From NCBI GenBank assembly GCA_036277955.1, contig DASULV010000008.1, forward strand, positions 320 through 64,319: DNA of 64,000 bases, given 5' to 3'. Below are positions 17,458 through 27,212 of this stretch, one piece after another. Position numbers and translations under genes: made by a program. Positions within the stretch are counted from its first letter, which is position 1. Each line of letters begins with the position of its first letter. This DNA comes from Solirubrobacterales bacterium (lineage in GTDB: Bacteria > Actinomycetota > Thermoleophilia > Solirubrobacterales > 70-9). The notes beneath the pieces were generated by a model. It saw nothing but the letters and a program-made list of their open reading frames with translations. It had not been told where the DNA came from and made no database searches.

Positions 17458-18657
17458 ATGTCGTCTGGCGAGTCGGGCAACGAAGCCCAGTCCCAGCCCG
17501 GAGCCTCCTCCGTCCGCTATGAGAAAGCGACCAAGCGGTACCCGGGCGCGAGCGCGCCCGCGGTCGACGAGCTGACGCTCGAGGTGCCTGCGGGCGAGAT
17601 CTGCGTCCTCGTCGGCCCCTCCGGCTGCGGCAAGACGACGGCGATGCGGATGGTCAACCGCACGGTCGAGATCACCGAGGGCGACGTGCTGATCGGCGAG
17701 CACTCGGTCCGCGACCGCGAGCCGGCGCAGCTGCGGCGGGAGATCGGCTACGTGATCCAGCAGATCGGCCTCTTCCCCCACCGCACGATCACCGAGAACA
17801 TCGGCGCCGTCCCCCAGCTGCTGGGCTGGAAGAAGGAGCGGATCCGCCAGCGCTCAGCCGAGCTGCTGGAGCTGATCGGGCTCGACCCCGAGCTCGGCGA
17901 CCGTTACCCGGCCCAGCTCTCCGGCGGCCAGCAGCAGCGGGTCGGCGTCGCCCGCGCCCTGGCCGCGGACCCCCTGGTGATGCTGATGGACGAGCCCTTC
18001 GGCGCGATCGACCCGATCAACCGCGAGCGCCTGCAGAACGAGTTCCTGCGCCTGCAGGCGGAGATCCGCAAGACCGTCCTCTTCGTAACCCACGACATCG
18101 ACGAGGCGATCAAGATGGGCGACCGGATCGCGGTGATGCGCGAGGGCGGGCGGGTCGAGCAGTACGCGACGCCCGCCGAGCTCTTGATGGCGCCGGCCAA
18201 CGAGTTCGTCGAGGACTTCGTCGGCGCCGACCGGGCGTTGAAGCGGCTGGCGCTGATGCGGGTCGGCGACATCAACCTCTGGGAGGCGCCGCTCGCGCAC
18301 GTCGGCCAGTCGACCGCCGAGGTGCGGGCGAAGCTGGCGGCTCCCGACGTCGAAATCCCCTACCCCTTGCTGGTCGACAGCGAGCGGCGGCCGCTCGGCT
18401 GGCTGAGCGAGCGCGATCTCGGCGCGGACGTGGTGCCGCGCCAGGCGGACTCGCCACTGGGACCGGTGCTGGAGCGCGACGACGTGATGCGCGACGCCCT
18501 CGCCGACCTCCTGCAGGCTGAGTCCCAGTACGCGCCAGTGGTCGACCACGAGGGCCGGATCGCCGGCGTCCTCTCGGTCGAGATCATCTCCGAGTTCCTC
18601 GCCTCGCCGGAGGCCAAGAGCGACGAGCACCCCGCGGTGGAGCGGCCGCATGACTAA
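17458..18657 (+). CDS. osmoprotectant (glycine betaine/choline-type) ABC transporter ATP-binding protein with CBS domains
   Basis: Walker A GPSGCGKTT, signature LSGGQQQRVGVARAL, Walker B LMDEPFGAIDP, and a C-terminal tandem CBS-like region. Confidence 0.85.
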   Translation: MSSGESGNEAQSQPGASSVRYEKATKRYPGASAPAVDELTLEVPAGEICVLVGPSGCGKTTAMRMVNRTVEITEGDVLIGEHSVRDREPAQLRREIGYVIQQIGLFPHRTITENIGAVPQLLGWKKERIRQRSAELLELIGLDPELGDRYPAQLSGGQQQRVGVARALAADPLVMLMDEPFGAIDPINRERLQNEFLRLQAEIRKTVLFVTHDIDEAIKMGDRIAVMREGGRVEQYATPAELLMAPANEFVEDFVGADRALKRLALMRVGDINLWEAPLAHVGQSTAEVRAKLAAPDVEIPYPLLVDSERRPLGWLSERDLGADVVPRQADSPLGPVLERDDVMRDALADLLQAESQYAPVVDHEGRIAGVLSVEIISEFLASPEAKSDEHPAVERPHD

Positions 18658-19393
18658 CCCGCTGGTGCTGGCGGCCTCAGGTGAAGTCGGCGGCGACTTC
18701 TTCCGCGAACGCAGCTCCGAGACGCTGCCCTGCCAGGCACCCCCACCCAAAGTCTTCTGCTTCGACTGGGCGAGAGAAAACATCGACCGCTATGGGACGC
18801 CCACCGTCCAGCACCTGGAAATCGTCGTCCTCTCGGTCCTAATCGGCTTCGTGATCGCCTTTGCGCTTGCTCTGCTGGCGCGCCGTGCCCGGTGGCTACA
18901 GCCGCCGCTGCTCGCCACCACCGGCGTGCTTTACACGATTCCCAGCATCGCCTTCTTCTTCCTGCTGCTGCCGATCACGGGTTTCGGCAGGGACACGGCG
19001 ATCATCGTCCTCGCGGCCTACACGCTGCAGATCATCTACCGCAACACGATGCTCGGGCTGGCGAACGTTCCCGACTCGGTCAAAGACGCCGCAAGAGGAA
19101 TGGGCTTCACCGACCGCCAGATCCTCTGGCGGATCGAGCTCCCGCTGGCGATCCCGGAGATCGTCGCCGGGCTGCGCGTCGCCGTCGTCAGCACCATCGC
19201 GATCGCCACGCTGGTCGTCTTCATCAACGCCGGTGGACTGGGGACCGAGATGTACGGCGAAGGCAACCTCACCTTCCCGACGACGGTGATCATCGCCGCG
19301 GCGATCGTGATCCTGATGGCGCTCGCCTTTGACGGCCTGCTCCTCCTCGTGCAACGGCTCAGCACTCCGTGGAGAAGGGCACGAACGGCATGA
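18650..19393 (+). CDS. ABC transporter permease (OpuCB-like)
   Basis: BPD_transp_1-type membrane protein in an operon with the preceding ATPase. Confidence 0.8.
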   Translation: MTNPLVLAASGEVGGDFFRERSSETLPCQAPPPKVFCFDWARENIDRYGTPTVQHLEIVVLSVLIGFVIAFALALLARRARWLQPPLLATTGVLYTIPSIAFFFLLLPITGFGRDTAIIVLAAYTLQIIYRNTMLGLANVPDSVKDAARGMGFTDRQILWRIELPLAIPEIVAGLRVAVVSTIAIATLVVFINAGGLGTEMYGEGNLTFPTTVIIAAAIVILMALAFDGLLLLVQRLSTPWRRARTA

Positions 19394-20100
19394 TCCCCGC
19401 CCTCCCCCTCGGCTCGTTCAGCGGCGCGGTCGAATTCATTTTCAGCCCACAGGAGTCGAACGTCACCGGCGGCAAAAAGGTGGGCGGGCTCGACAAGTCG
19501 CTCGAACTGGTGCTGAAACACCTCGAGGTGACGGTGGTTGCCCTGGCGATCGCCCTCGTCATCGCTCTGCCGATCGGTCTCTACCTCGGTCACCGTCACC
19601 GGGGGGAAGTCTTTGCCGTGGGCGTCGGCAACGCCGGCCGGGCGATCCCCGAGCTGGCGGTGATCGCGCTTGTGGCTGCCTTGATCGGCGTCGGCTTCAA
19701 GACGGTAGCCCCCGCCCTGGCCTTGCTCGGCATCGCGCCGATACTCACCAACGCCTACGTCGGCGTGCGCCAGGTCGATCCCGCGGCAGTCGACGCCGCC
19801 CGCGGCATGGGCATGAGCGAGTGGAAGATCATCCGCAAGGTCGAGCTGCCGCTGGCGGTGCCGACGGTCATGGGTGGCGTACGGAGCGCCGCGATCGTGA
19901 TCCTCGCCACCGCGACGATCGCCCCGCTGGCAGGGGTGGAAACCCTCGGCGACTTCATCATCAACCGCAACGTCTACGGCGAAAACGGGCTGCTGGCCGG
20001 GGCCATCCTCGTGGCTCTGCTGGCCCTTGCGATGGAGGGCTTGCTCGCCCTCCTCCAGAACCGCATGACTTCCGACGGGCTGAAGTTGAACACTGTCTGA
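19390..20100 (+). CDS. ABC transporter permease (OpuCD-like)
   Basis: Start set to ATG 19390, overlapping the previous stop (ATGA). Multi-TM, with the EAA-loop-like segment AARGMGMSEWKIIRKVELPLA. Confidence 0.8.
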   Translation: MIPALPLGSFSGAVEFIFSPQESNVTGGKKVGGLDKSLELVLKHLEVTVVALAIALVIALPIGLYLGHRHRGEVFAVGVGNAGRAIPELAVIALVAALIGVGFKTVAPALALLGIAPILTNAYVGVRQVDPAAVDAARGMGMSEWKIIRKVELPLAVPTVMGGVRSAAIVILATATIAPLAGVETLGDFIINRNVYGENGLLAGAILVALLALAMEGLLALLQNRMTSDGLKLNTV

Positions 20101-20158
20101 CCCTGACTCACGGACTTTCAGGCTTACCACCACATCACCCACCCCAAGGAGGCAACAA

Positions 20159-21160
20159 GTGAGGACCGACAAGACGAGATGGCGAGCGCTGCTCGCGGCC
20201 CTGGCTGCGCTGGCGCTGGCACTGGGCATCGCCGCCTGCGGCAGTGACAGCGACAGCAGCAGCACCGGCAGCGAAACCAGCGAAGAAGGCGGCTCGTCGG
20301 GCTCTGCGATCCAGTCGAACCCCGACAACGGCAAAGTCACGCTGACGATCGGCTCGAAGAACTTCCCCGAACAGGAAATCCTCGGGGAAATCTACGCCCA
20401 AGCCCTCACGGCTGCCGGTTACAAAGTCAAGAGCGCGCTCAACCTCGGCTCCGAAACCGTCGCCCTGAAAGCGGTGAAGACCGGACAGATCTCCGGCTAC
20501 CCGGAGTACGCCAGCACCGCCCTTACCTCGTTCTTCGGTCTCGAACCAGAAGAAGTGCCCTCCGAGGCCACCGAAGCGTGGAAAAAAGCAAACGAAGAAT
20601 TCGAAAAAGAAGGCCTGGAGGCGTTCGAACCGACGCCGTTCGCCAGCGCCAACGCGGTCGGCACCACTACCGAGACGGCGAAGCAATACGGCCTGAAAAC
20701 GGTCTCCGACCTCGAAGGAGTCTCGGAAAAACTGTCGCTCTACGGCTCGCCGGAGTGCCGCCAACGGATCGACTGCCTGGCCGGGCTCGAAAAACTGTAC
20801 GGGCTGAAATTCAAGTCGTTCACCCCGGTCGACATCGCCCTCCGCTACAACGTGCTGGAAAAGGGTCAGGCGGATCTCTCGATCCTCTTCACCACCGATC
20901 CGCAGCTCTCGGCCGAGAGCGACAAGTACGTCATCCTCGAAGACGACAAGGAAGTCTTCCCGGCCGGCAACGTCATCTTCGTGACCAAGAAATCGGTCGC
21001 CGAAGAAGCGGGACCGGACTACGAAAAGACGATCCTGCAGGTGCAGGAAGGGCTCGACCTGAAAGTGGTCCAGGAGCTCGACGCTCGGGTCGAACTCGAA
21101 AAGGAGACGCCTAAGCAGGCAGCCACTGCGTACCTCGAATCGGCGGGGTACGTCAAGTAG
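20159..21160 (+). CDS. glycine betaine-type ABC transporter substrate-binding lipoprotein
   Basis: Lipobox LGIAACG and OpuAC-like fold cues (NFPEQEILGEIYAQAL...YPEY). Confidence 0.8.
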   Translation: MRTDKTRWRALLAALAALALALGIAACGSDSDSSSTGSETSEEGGSSGSAIQSNPDNGKVTLTIGSKNFPEQEILGEIYAQALTAAGYKVKSALNLGSETVALKAVKTGQISGYPEYASTALTSFFGLEPEEVPSEATEAWKKANEEFEKEGLEAFEPTPFASANAVGTTTETAKQYGLKTVSDLEGVSEKLSLYGSPECRQRIDCLAGLEKLYGLKFKSFTPVDIALRYNVLEKGQADLSILFTTDPQLSAESDKYVILEDDKEVFPAGNVIFVTKKSVAEEAGPDYEKTILQVQEGLDLKVVQELDARVELEKETPKQAATAYLESAGYVK

Positions 21161-21175
21161 GCCTCACGTTCCGGG

Positions 21176-21309
21176 GGAGGGGGTCGGCACCCCTCCTCCG
21201 GAATTGACCTCCCCTCCGCTTCGCTACGGGGAGAACCTGCTGCGGCTTCGCCGCAGAGATCAGATTGCATATCGCCGAACATTCCTGCGGAGGGGTGCCG
21301 ACCCCCTCC
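21176..21309. other. structured intergenic element: 29-bp imperfect terminal inverted repeats enclosing two further hairpins
   Basis: GGAGGGGGTCGGCACCCCTCC (21176-96) is the reverse complement of GGAGGGGTGCCGACCCCCTCC (21289-309). Each arm also self-folds (GGAGGGG/CCCCTCC). Internal hairpins are CTCCCC..GGGGAG (21209-33) and CTGCGG-cttcg-CCGCAG (21240-56). Confidence 0.6.
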
Positions 21310-21325
21310 TGCAGACCGCTCGGTG

Positions 21326-22558
21326 CTACGTCAGTACGTGTTCGCGTGTGTTGATCTCGTAGCGGTTGAAGTAAACGCGAGCTGCCCACGCGGCGAAGAG
21401 GCCTGAAGCTGCCGCCATAAGGAGGGCGATCCGCGGGTCGTAGCTCTGGGCGAGCCAGCCGGCCAGGGGGCCGCCGATCGGAGTGCTGCCCAGGAAGACG
21501 ACGCTGTAGAGGGCCATCACCCGGCCCCGCATCTCCGGGGAGACGGCCAGCTGGAGGGTGGAGTTGATGGTTGCCGCGAAGGTGACCGAGGCGGCGCCGA
21601 GGAGCATCAGGGCGGGGATCTCGAAGGCAAGGGTGGGCATCAGGGCGGAGAGGAGAGCGGCGATGCCGAAGGCCAGCGATCCCGCGGCGATCAGGCGGGG
21701 GCCGGTGCGGCCGCGGTGGCCGTTGACGAGGGCGCCGACGATCGATCCGACCGCCATCGCCGAGACCAGGGTCGCGTAGGTCATCGCGCCGGACTCGAAG
21801 CTGAATTTGGCCAGTAGCGGCAGGACAACCTGGAAGTTGAAGCCGAGCGTCCCCACCAGGGCCATCAGCGCCAGGGGGACCAGCAGCTCGGGGGTGCGGC
21901 GGACGTAGCGGAGGCCGGCGCGGATCGCGCCCCGTTCGTGCTTGGCGGGCGGTGCGGCTTGCAGGCGGCTCGGGTCCATCCGCCACAGCGCCAGGATCAT
22001 CGCCACGAAGGTGAGCGCGTTGAGGGCGAAGCAGGGGACGACACCTACGGTCGCGATCAGGATCCCGGCCAGGGCCGGGCCGACGATCCGCGCCGCCTGG
22101 ACGATGACGCTGTTGAGGCTGACCGCGTTGACGACGCGGTCGGCGCCGACCATCTCGATCACGAAGCTCTGCCGGGTCGGGTTGTCGATCGCGTTGACCG
22201 AGCCCATCGCGAAGACCGCGAGGTAGACCATCCAGGGCGTGACCACGCCGGCGGCGGTGACGGCGAAGAGGCCGACGGCGGGGATCGCCATCAGCGCCTG
22301 GGTCGCGATCAGCAGCCGCCGCTTCGGGATCCGGTCGGCGAGCAGGCCGCCCCAGGCGCCGATCAGCAGCATCGGCAGGAACTGCAGCGCGGTGGTGAGG
22401 CCGACGGCAACGCCGCTGCCGGTGAGGCTGAGGATCACCCAGATCGCCGCCACGGTCTGCATCCAGGTCCCGGAGAGGGAGATCAGCTGGCCGAGAAAGT
22501 AGCGGCGGTAGTTGGGGACCTCCAGCGAGTTGAACGAGTGGCGGATCGCAGCCGTCAA
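21326..22558 (-). CDS. MFS transporter (EntS/MFS_3-like)
   Basis: 410 aa with about 12 TM segments. The N-terminal FRNYRRYFLGQLISLSGTWMQ pattern is typical of this MFS subfamily. Confidence 0.85.
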   Translation of the reverse strand: MTAAIRHSFNSLEVPNYRRYFLGQLISLSGTWMQTVAAIWVILSLTGSGVAVGLTTALQFLPMLLIGAWGGLLADRIPKRRLLIATQALMAIPAVGLFAVTAAGVVTPWMVYLAVFAMGSVNAIDNPTRQSFVIEMVGADRVVNAVSLNSVIVQAARIVGPALAGILIATVGVVPCFALNALTFVAMILALWRMDPSRLQAAPPAKHERGAIRAGLRYVRRTPELLVPLALMALVGTLGFNFQVVLPLLAKFSFESGAMTYATLVSAMAVGSIVGALVNGHRGRTGPRLIAAGSLAFGIAALLSALMPTLAFEIPALMLLGAASVTFAATINSTLQLAVSPEMRGRVMALYSVVFLGSTPIGGPLAGWLAQSYDPRIALLMAAASGLFAAWAARVYFNRYEINTREHVLT

Positions 22559-23007
22559 AGCTGCTCGCCCTCCCGCATCCGCTCGAGGATCTCGGCCGCC
22601 CGCTCGAGCGTCTCGACCTCCTCGTCGGTGAGGTCGCGCATGCGCCGAGCCAGGTAGGCGTTCTTCCGCTTGCGCAGCCGCCGCAGCCGCTCGCGCCCGG
22701 CGCCGTTGATGGCGACCAGGGCGCTGCGCTTGTCGGTCGGATCCTGCGAGCGGTCGATCAGCCCCTCGCGTTCCAGGCAGCCGAGCGTGCGGGTAATCGT
22801 CGGCCGTTTTACCCGCTCGATCGCGGCGATCTCGCTCGGGGTCATCGGCCCGTGGCGCTCGATCGTCGCCAGCGCCGCAACCGAGGTCGGGGTGAGGCCG
22901 GTGGTCTCCGCGGCGGCCTCCTGGCGCAGCCGGCGGGCGGTGCGGACGATCGCCGTGCGCAGGTGCGCGGCACGCTCGCTGAGGGGGATGTCAATGGCCG
23001 CGTTCAT
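22555..23007 (-). CDS. MarR family transcriptional regulator
   Basis: Winged-HTH region MTPSEIAAIERVKRPTITRTLGCLEREGLIDR. The stop overlaps the MFS start by 4 nt. Confidence 0.9.
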   Translation of the reverse strand: MNAAIDIPLSERAAHLRTAIVRTARRLRQEAAAETTGLTPTSVAALATIERHGPMTPSEIAAIERVKRPTITRTLGCLEREGLIDRSQDPTDKRSALVAINGAGRERLRRLRKRKNAYLARRMRDLTDEEVETLERAAEILERMREGEQL

Positions 23008-23036
23008 TAGTTAGCTTCGGTAATTAGTCTAGCAAA

Positions 23037-23564
23037 CTATTTCTGCCCTCCCAGCCGCTCGAGCACGTCGAGCCACATCCGGTGGTAGGCGACCCCCGCC
23101 TGCAGGGTTGGCTCGGAGTTCTCGAAGCCCTCCGCCTGGCGCACTTCGTCGAGCATGCCCTGTAGCTCCGCCAGCTTCATCCGGTGCCAGGCCTCCCGCT
23201 CGGCGCGGATCGGCTCCGGATCGGCGCCGGCGAAAACCTTGAGGACGGCTTCGTCGCGCAGCTGCGGCGGCGAGGCGGTCGGCGCCGCCGACCACTCCCG
23301 CAGCGCCTCGCGGCCCTTCTCGGTCACCGAGTAGATGCGACGCCTCCGCCCCCCTTCCTCTTGACGGGCGGAGAGGTATCCGGCCGCCGCCAACCGGGCG
23401 GGCTCCTCGTAGGCGGTCGTGTGAGGGACGGGCCAGAAGTTCTCGATTGATTTCTCCATCGCCCCTTTGATCTCGTAGGAGGTGAGGTCGCCGAACTCTT
23501 CGAGCAGCGCCAGCACCGCAAAGGAGTTTCCCGTGAGCTTGATCACTTTGGGGTTGCTTTTCAT
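23037..23564 (-). CDS. PadR family transcriptional regulator
   Basis: FAVLALLEEFGDLTSYEI...GYLSARQEEGGRRRRIYSVTEKGREAL PadR wHTH, plus a C-terminal domain. Confidence 0.9.
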   Translation of the reverse strand: MKSNPKVIKLTGNSFAVLALLEEFGDLTSYEIKGAMEKSIENFWPVPHTTAYEEPARLAAAGYLSARQEEGGRRRRIYSVTEKGREALREWSAAPTASPPQLRDEAVLKVFAGADPEPIRAEREAWHRMKLAELQGMLDEVRQAEGFENSEPTLQAGVAYHRMWLDVLERLGGQK

Positions 23565-23633
23565 GATTCGAGTCGTATAGTTCGGGACGAACGGTAAAGG
23601 CCATCAGTCGGCAACTAGCTTGGAGGTTCACGG

Positions 23634-24893
23634 ATGCCCAGCACCGATTCCCACTCCCCCATCATCGGCGACAAGGCGGCGTACGACGTGCTTATCGTCG
23701 GCGGCAGTCTCGGCGGCTGCGCGACCGCGATCCAGCTCGGCCGCGCCGGCCTGCGCGTGGCGGTGGTCGAGAAGCAACCGGACCCGAACGCGTTCAAGCG
23801 GATGTGCTCGCACTTCATCCAGGCCTCGGCGGTGCCGACGCTGGAACGGCTGGGCCTGCTCGAGCCGATCGAAGCGGCCGGCGGCCAGCGGCCGCGGGTG
23901 CGGATCTGGACTCGGTGGGGTTGGATCGAGGCGCCTCCCGAGCGCGCCGCACGGGGCGTCAACCTCCGCCGCGAAGTGCTCGACCCCCTGGTCCGCAAGA
24001 CCGCCGCGGAGACGCCCGGGGTCGAGATGCTGCTCGGCTGGAGCGTCGATCGGCTGCTGCGGGAGAACGGCGGCTTCGCCGGGGTCGTCGCCCGCAACCG
24101 CGAGGGCGAGGAGCGCGAGCTGCGGGCCCGTCTCACCGTCGGTGCCGACGGCCGCGACTCCCGGGTCGCCGAGCTCTCCGAGGTGCCGGTCAAGACCTAC
24201 CCCCACAACCGCTTCGCCTACGGCGGCTACTTCGAAGGCGGCGCGCCCGCCAACGCTCCCGACGCCACCGCCTGGTTCCTCGACCCCCAGTGGTGCGCCG
24301 CCTTCCCCACCGACAACGACCTCACCTTCTACGCGGCGATGCCGACCAAGGACCGCCTGCCGGAATTCAAGAAGGAGCCGGAAGCCGCCCTGGTCAGGCT
24401 CCTCTCCGAGGTCCCGGAGGCGCCGCCGATCCGCGCCGGGCGGGCGATCGAACCGGTGATCGGCAAGATCGACATGACCAACCGGATGCGCAGGCCGGTG
24501 GCGCCGGGCCTGGCGCTGATCGGCGACGCGGCGCTCGCCACCGACCCGCTCTTCGGCGTCGGCTGCGGCTGGGCCTTCCAGTCGGCGGAGTGGCTGGCGG
24601 AGAGCGTGCGGCCGGCGCTGCAGGACGGCGAGTCCCTCGAGCAGGGTCTGGAGCGCTACCGCCGCCGCCACAAGCGTGAGCTCGGCGCCCACGCCTTCTT
24701 CATCCACGACTACGCCACCGGGCGCAAGCTCAACCCGGCCGAGCGGTTGATGTTCTCCGCCGCCGCCCGCGATCCCCAGATGGCCTCGCGCTTCGACGCC
24801 TTCGGGACGCGGCAGGTCCGCCCGCAGGAGGCGATGCCGCGGATGCTCCCGCGCGCGGTCGCTGTCAACGCCCGGCACGCCCTGGCGCGATGA
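23634..24893 (+). CDS. FAD-dependent oxidoreductase / monooxygenase
   Basis: YDVLIVGGSLGGCATA dinucleotide-binding motif and DGRDSRV plus GDAALATDP motifs of the flavoprotein monooxygenase type. Confidence 0.85.
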   Translation: MPSTDSHSPIIGDKAAYDVLIVGGSLGGCATAIQLGRAGLRVAVVEKQPDPNAFKRMCSHFIQASAVPTLERLGLLEPIEAAGGQRPRVRIWTRWGWIEAPPERAARGVNLRREVLDPLVRKTAAETPGVEMLLGWSVDRLLRENGGFAGVVARNREGEERELRARLTVGADGRDSRVAELSEVPVKTYPHNRFAYGGYFEGGAPANAPDATAWFLDPQWCAAFPTDNDLTFYAAMPTKDRLPEFKKEPEAALVRLLSEVPEAPPIRAGRAIEPVIGKIDMTNRMRRPVAPGLALIGDAALATDPLFGVGCGWAFQSAEWLAESVRPALQDGESLEQGLERYRRRHKRELGAHAFFIHDYATGRKLNPAERLMFSAAARDPQMASRFDAFGTRQVRPQEAMPRMLPRAVAVNARHALAR

Positions 24894-25750
24894 GCACTGC
24901 CACGCCGGCACCGCCGGTCGAGCGCGGCAGCCTCCTCGCCGGCGGCACCCGGACCCGCCTCGTGCAGGCGGGTCCGGCCGGGGCGAGCGAGGCGGTCGTC
25001 TTCGTCCACGGCAACCCGGGCTCGGCCGACGACTGGGTCGGGCTCGCCGCCGTCGCGGCGAGCGCCGGCAAGCGGGCCGTCGCCTTCGACCTGCCGGACT
25101 TCGGCGAGACGATCGCCCCGGACGGGTTCGAGCACGACGTCCCCGGCTACGCCGGCTTCGTCGACCAGGCGCTGGCGGAGCTGGGGATCGAGCGGGCGCA
25201 CCTGGTCCTGCACGACTTCGGCGGCCCGATCGGCCTCTACTGGGCGGCGGCGCATCCCGACGCGCTGGCCAGCATCACCCTGATCGACACCGGCGTCCTC
25301 CCCGGCTACCGCTGGCACAGCCTCGCCCGGATCTGGCGCACGCCGGTCCTCGGCGAGCTGCTCCAGGCGACCGCCACCCGCCCCCTCTTCCGCTTCCTGC
25401 TCAACCGCAACGAGCCGCGTGGGCTGCCGCGCGACTTCGTCGAAGCGATGTACGACCACTACGACCGCCGCACCCGCAAAGCCGTGTTGAAGCTCTACCG
25501 GGCGACCGACGATCCCGGCGGGATGTCGGAGGCGCTGGTCGGGCTGTTCGCCGAACGCGAGATCCCGGCCCTGGTGATCTGGGGCGAGCACGACGCCTAC
25601 CTCCCGTGGTCGTTTGCGGCGCGGCAGCGCGACGCGTTTCCCGCCGCCGAGGTCCACGTGCTCCCGGCCAGCGGCCACTGGCCCTTCGCCGACGCACCCG
25701 ACACGGTGGAGCGGATCTTCGAGGAATCCCTCACAGAGCGGAGCAGTTAG
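24890..25750 (+). CDS. alpha/beta hydrolase (haloalkane dehalogenase / epoxide hydrolase-like, Asp nucleophile)
   Basis: FVHGNPGSADDW and the LVLHDFGGPIG nucleophile elbow, with a C-terminal SGHWPF. Confidence 0.8.
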   Translation: MSTATPAPPVERGSLLAGGTRTRLVQAGPAGASEAVVFVHGNPGSADDWVGLAAVAASAGKRAVAFDLPDFGETIAPDGFEHDVPGYAGFVDQALAELGIERAHLVLHDFGGPIGLYWAAAHPDALASITLIDTGVLPGYRWHSLARIWRTPVLGELLQATATRPLFRFLLNRNEPRGLPRDFVEAMYDHYDRRTRKAVLKLYRATDDPGGMSEALVGLFAEREIPALVIWGEHDAYLPWSFAARQRDAFPAAEVHVLPASGHWPFADAPDTVERIFEESLTERSS

Positions 25751-25769
25751 CTGTGTCATCCTCAGCCGC

Positions 25770-27212
25770 GTGACCGATGTCGCCGCCGCCCGCGACAAAC
25801 GCTGGATCGCGCTCGCCCTGCTCTGTAGCGCCCAGTTCGTCGTCGTCCTCGACGCCTCGATCGTCAACGTGGCGCTACCGACGATCGGCGAAGCGCTGGA
25901 GTTCACCGAGAGCAGCCTGCCCTGGGTCGTCAACGCCTACGTGCTCACCTTCGGCGGCTTCCTCCTGCTCGGCGGCCGGCTCGCCGACCTGCTGGGGCGG
26001 CGCCGGATCTTCATGTTCGGGCTCGTGCTCTTCGCGCTGGCCTCGCTGGCCGGCGGGCTGGCAGGCGACTCCGGGCAGCTGATCGCCGCCCGCGCCGTGC
26101 AGGGGCTCGGCGCCGCGATCCTCTCCCCCGCCGCCCTCTCGATCGTCGCCACCACCTTCAAAGACGGCGCCGAGCGCAACAAAGCGCTGGGGATCTGGGG
26201 CGCGGTCGCCGGCTCCGGCGGCGCCGCCGGAGTGCTGCTCGGCGGCGTCCTCACCGAATACCTCGGCTGGGAGTGGGTGCTCTGGGTCAACGTGCCGATC
26301 GGGATCGCCGCGGCGGCCCTGGCGCCGAGCCTGATCGCCGAGTCGCACGCCGAACAGGAGGTCCGCACCTTCGACGTCGCCGGCGCGACGACGATCACCC
26401 TCGGCCTCTCGGCCCTCGTCTTCGCCCTGCTCGACGCCGAAGACGCCGGCTGGGGGTCGACCCAGACGATCGGCATCCTCGCCCTCTCGGCGATCCTGCT
26501 GATCGCCTTCGTCGCGATCGAGCGGCGCTCGCGGGCGCCGCTCGTGCCCTTCTCGATCTTCCGCCTGCGCACGATCACCGGCGCCAACGTCGTCGGCATC
26601 CTCGTCGGCGCCTCGCTCTTCTCGATGTTCTTCTTCATCTCCCTCTACATGCAGCAGGTGCTCGGCTACAGCGCGATCAAGGCCGGCCTCTCCTACCTGC
26701 CGCTGGCGGTCGCGATCATGCTCTCGGCCGGGGTCGCCTCCGGCCTGGTGACGAAAGTCGGCTTCAAGCCGATCCTCGCCGCCGGCATGGTCTTGATCGC
26801 GATCGGCCTCGTCTGGTTCAGCCAGATCTCCCCTGACGGCAGCTTCCTCGTCGACATCCTCGGCCCCTCCCTCTTCGCCGCCGTCGGCCTCGGCTTCGCC
26901 TTCGTGCCGGTGACGATCGCCGCCGTCTCCGGCGTCGAAGACCGCGAGCAGGGCCTCGCCAGTGGCCTGATCAACACCTCCCAGCAGGTCGGCGGCGCCC
27001 TCGGCCTCGCCGTCCTCGCCGCGATCGCCAACTCCACCATCGGCGACTCCCGCGACCCCGCCGTCCTCACCGACGGCTTCAGCACCGCCTTCCTCGTCGG
27101 CGCCGGCTTCGCGATCCTCGGCCTGATCGCCACCCTCTTCCTGATCCGCAACGCCGACAGCAGGGCGCACGTGGAATTGGGCGCCGAACCGGTGACGGAA
27201 CAAGCGGGCTAA
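25770..27212 (+). CDS. DHA2-family MFS efflux transporter (EmrB/QacA-like, 14 TM)
   Basis: GTG 25770 chosen as start. FVVVLDASIVNVALPTI and LGGRLADLLGRRR motifs. The track ORF from 25614 overlaps the previous gene. Confidence 0.85.
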   Translation: MTDVAAARDKRWIALALLCSAQFVVVLDASIVNVALPTIGEALEFTESSLPWVVNAYVLTFGGFLLLGGRLADLLGRRRIFMFGLVLFALASLAGGLAGDSGQLIAARAVQGLGAAILSPAALSIVATTFKDGAERNKALGIWGAVAGSGGAAGVLLGGVLTEYLGWEWVLWVNVPIGIAAAALAPSLIAESHAEQEVRTFDVAGATTITLGLSALVFALLDAEDAGWGSTQTIGILALSAILLIAFVAIERRSRAPLVPFSIFRLRTITGANVVGILVGASLFSMFFFISLYMQQVLGYSAIKAGLSYLPLAVAIMLSAGVASGLVTKVGFKPILAAGMVLIAIGLVWFSQISPDGSFLVDILGPSLFAAVGLGFAFVPVTIAAVSGVEDREQGLASGLINTSQQVGGALGLAVLAAIANSTIGDSRDPAVLTDGFSTAFLVGAGFAILGLIATLFLIRNADSRAHVELGAEPVTEQAG

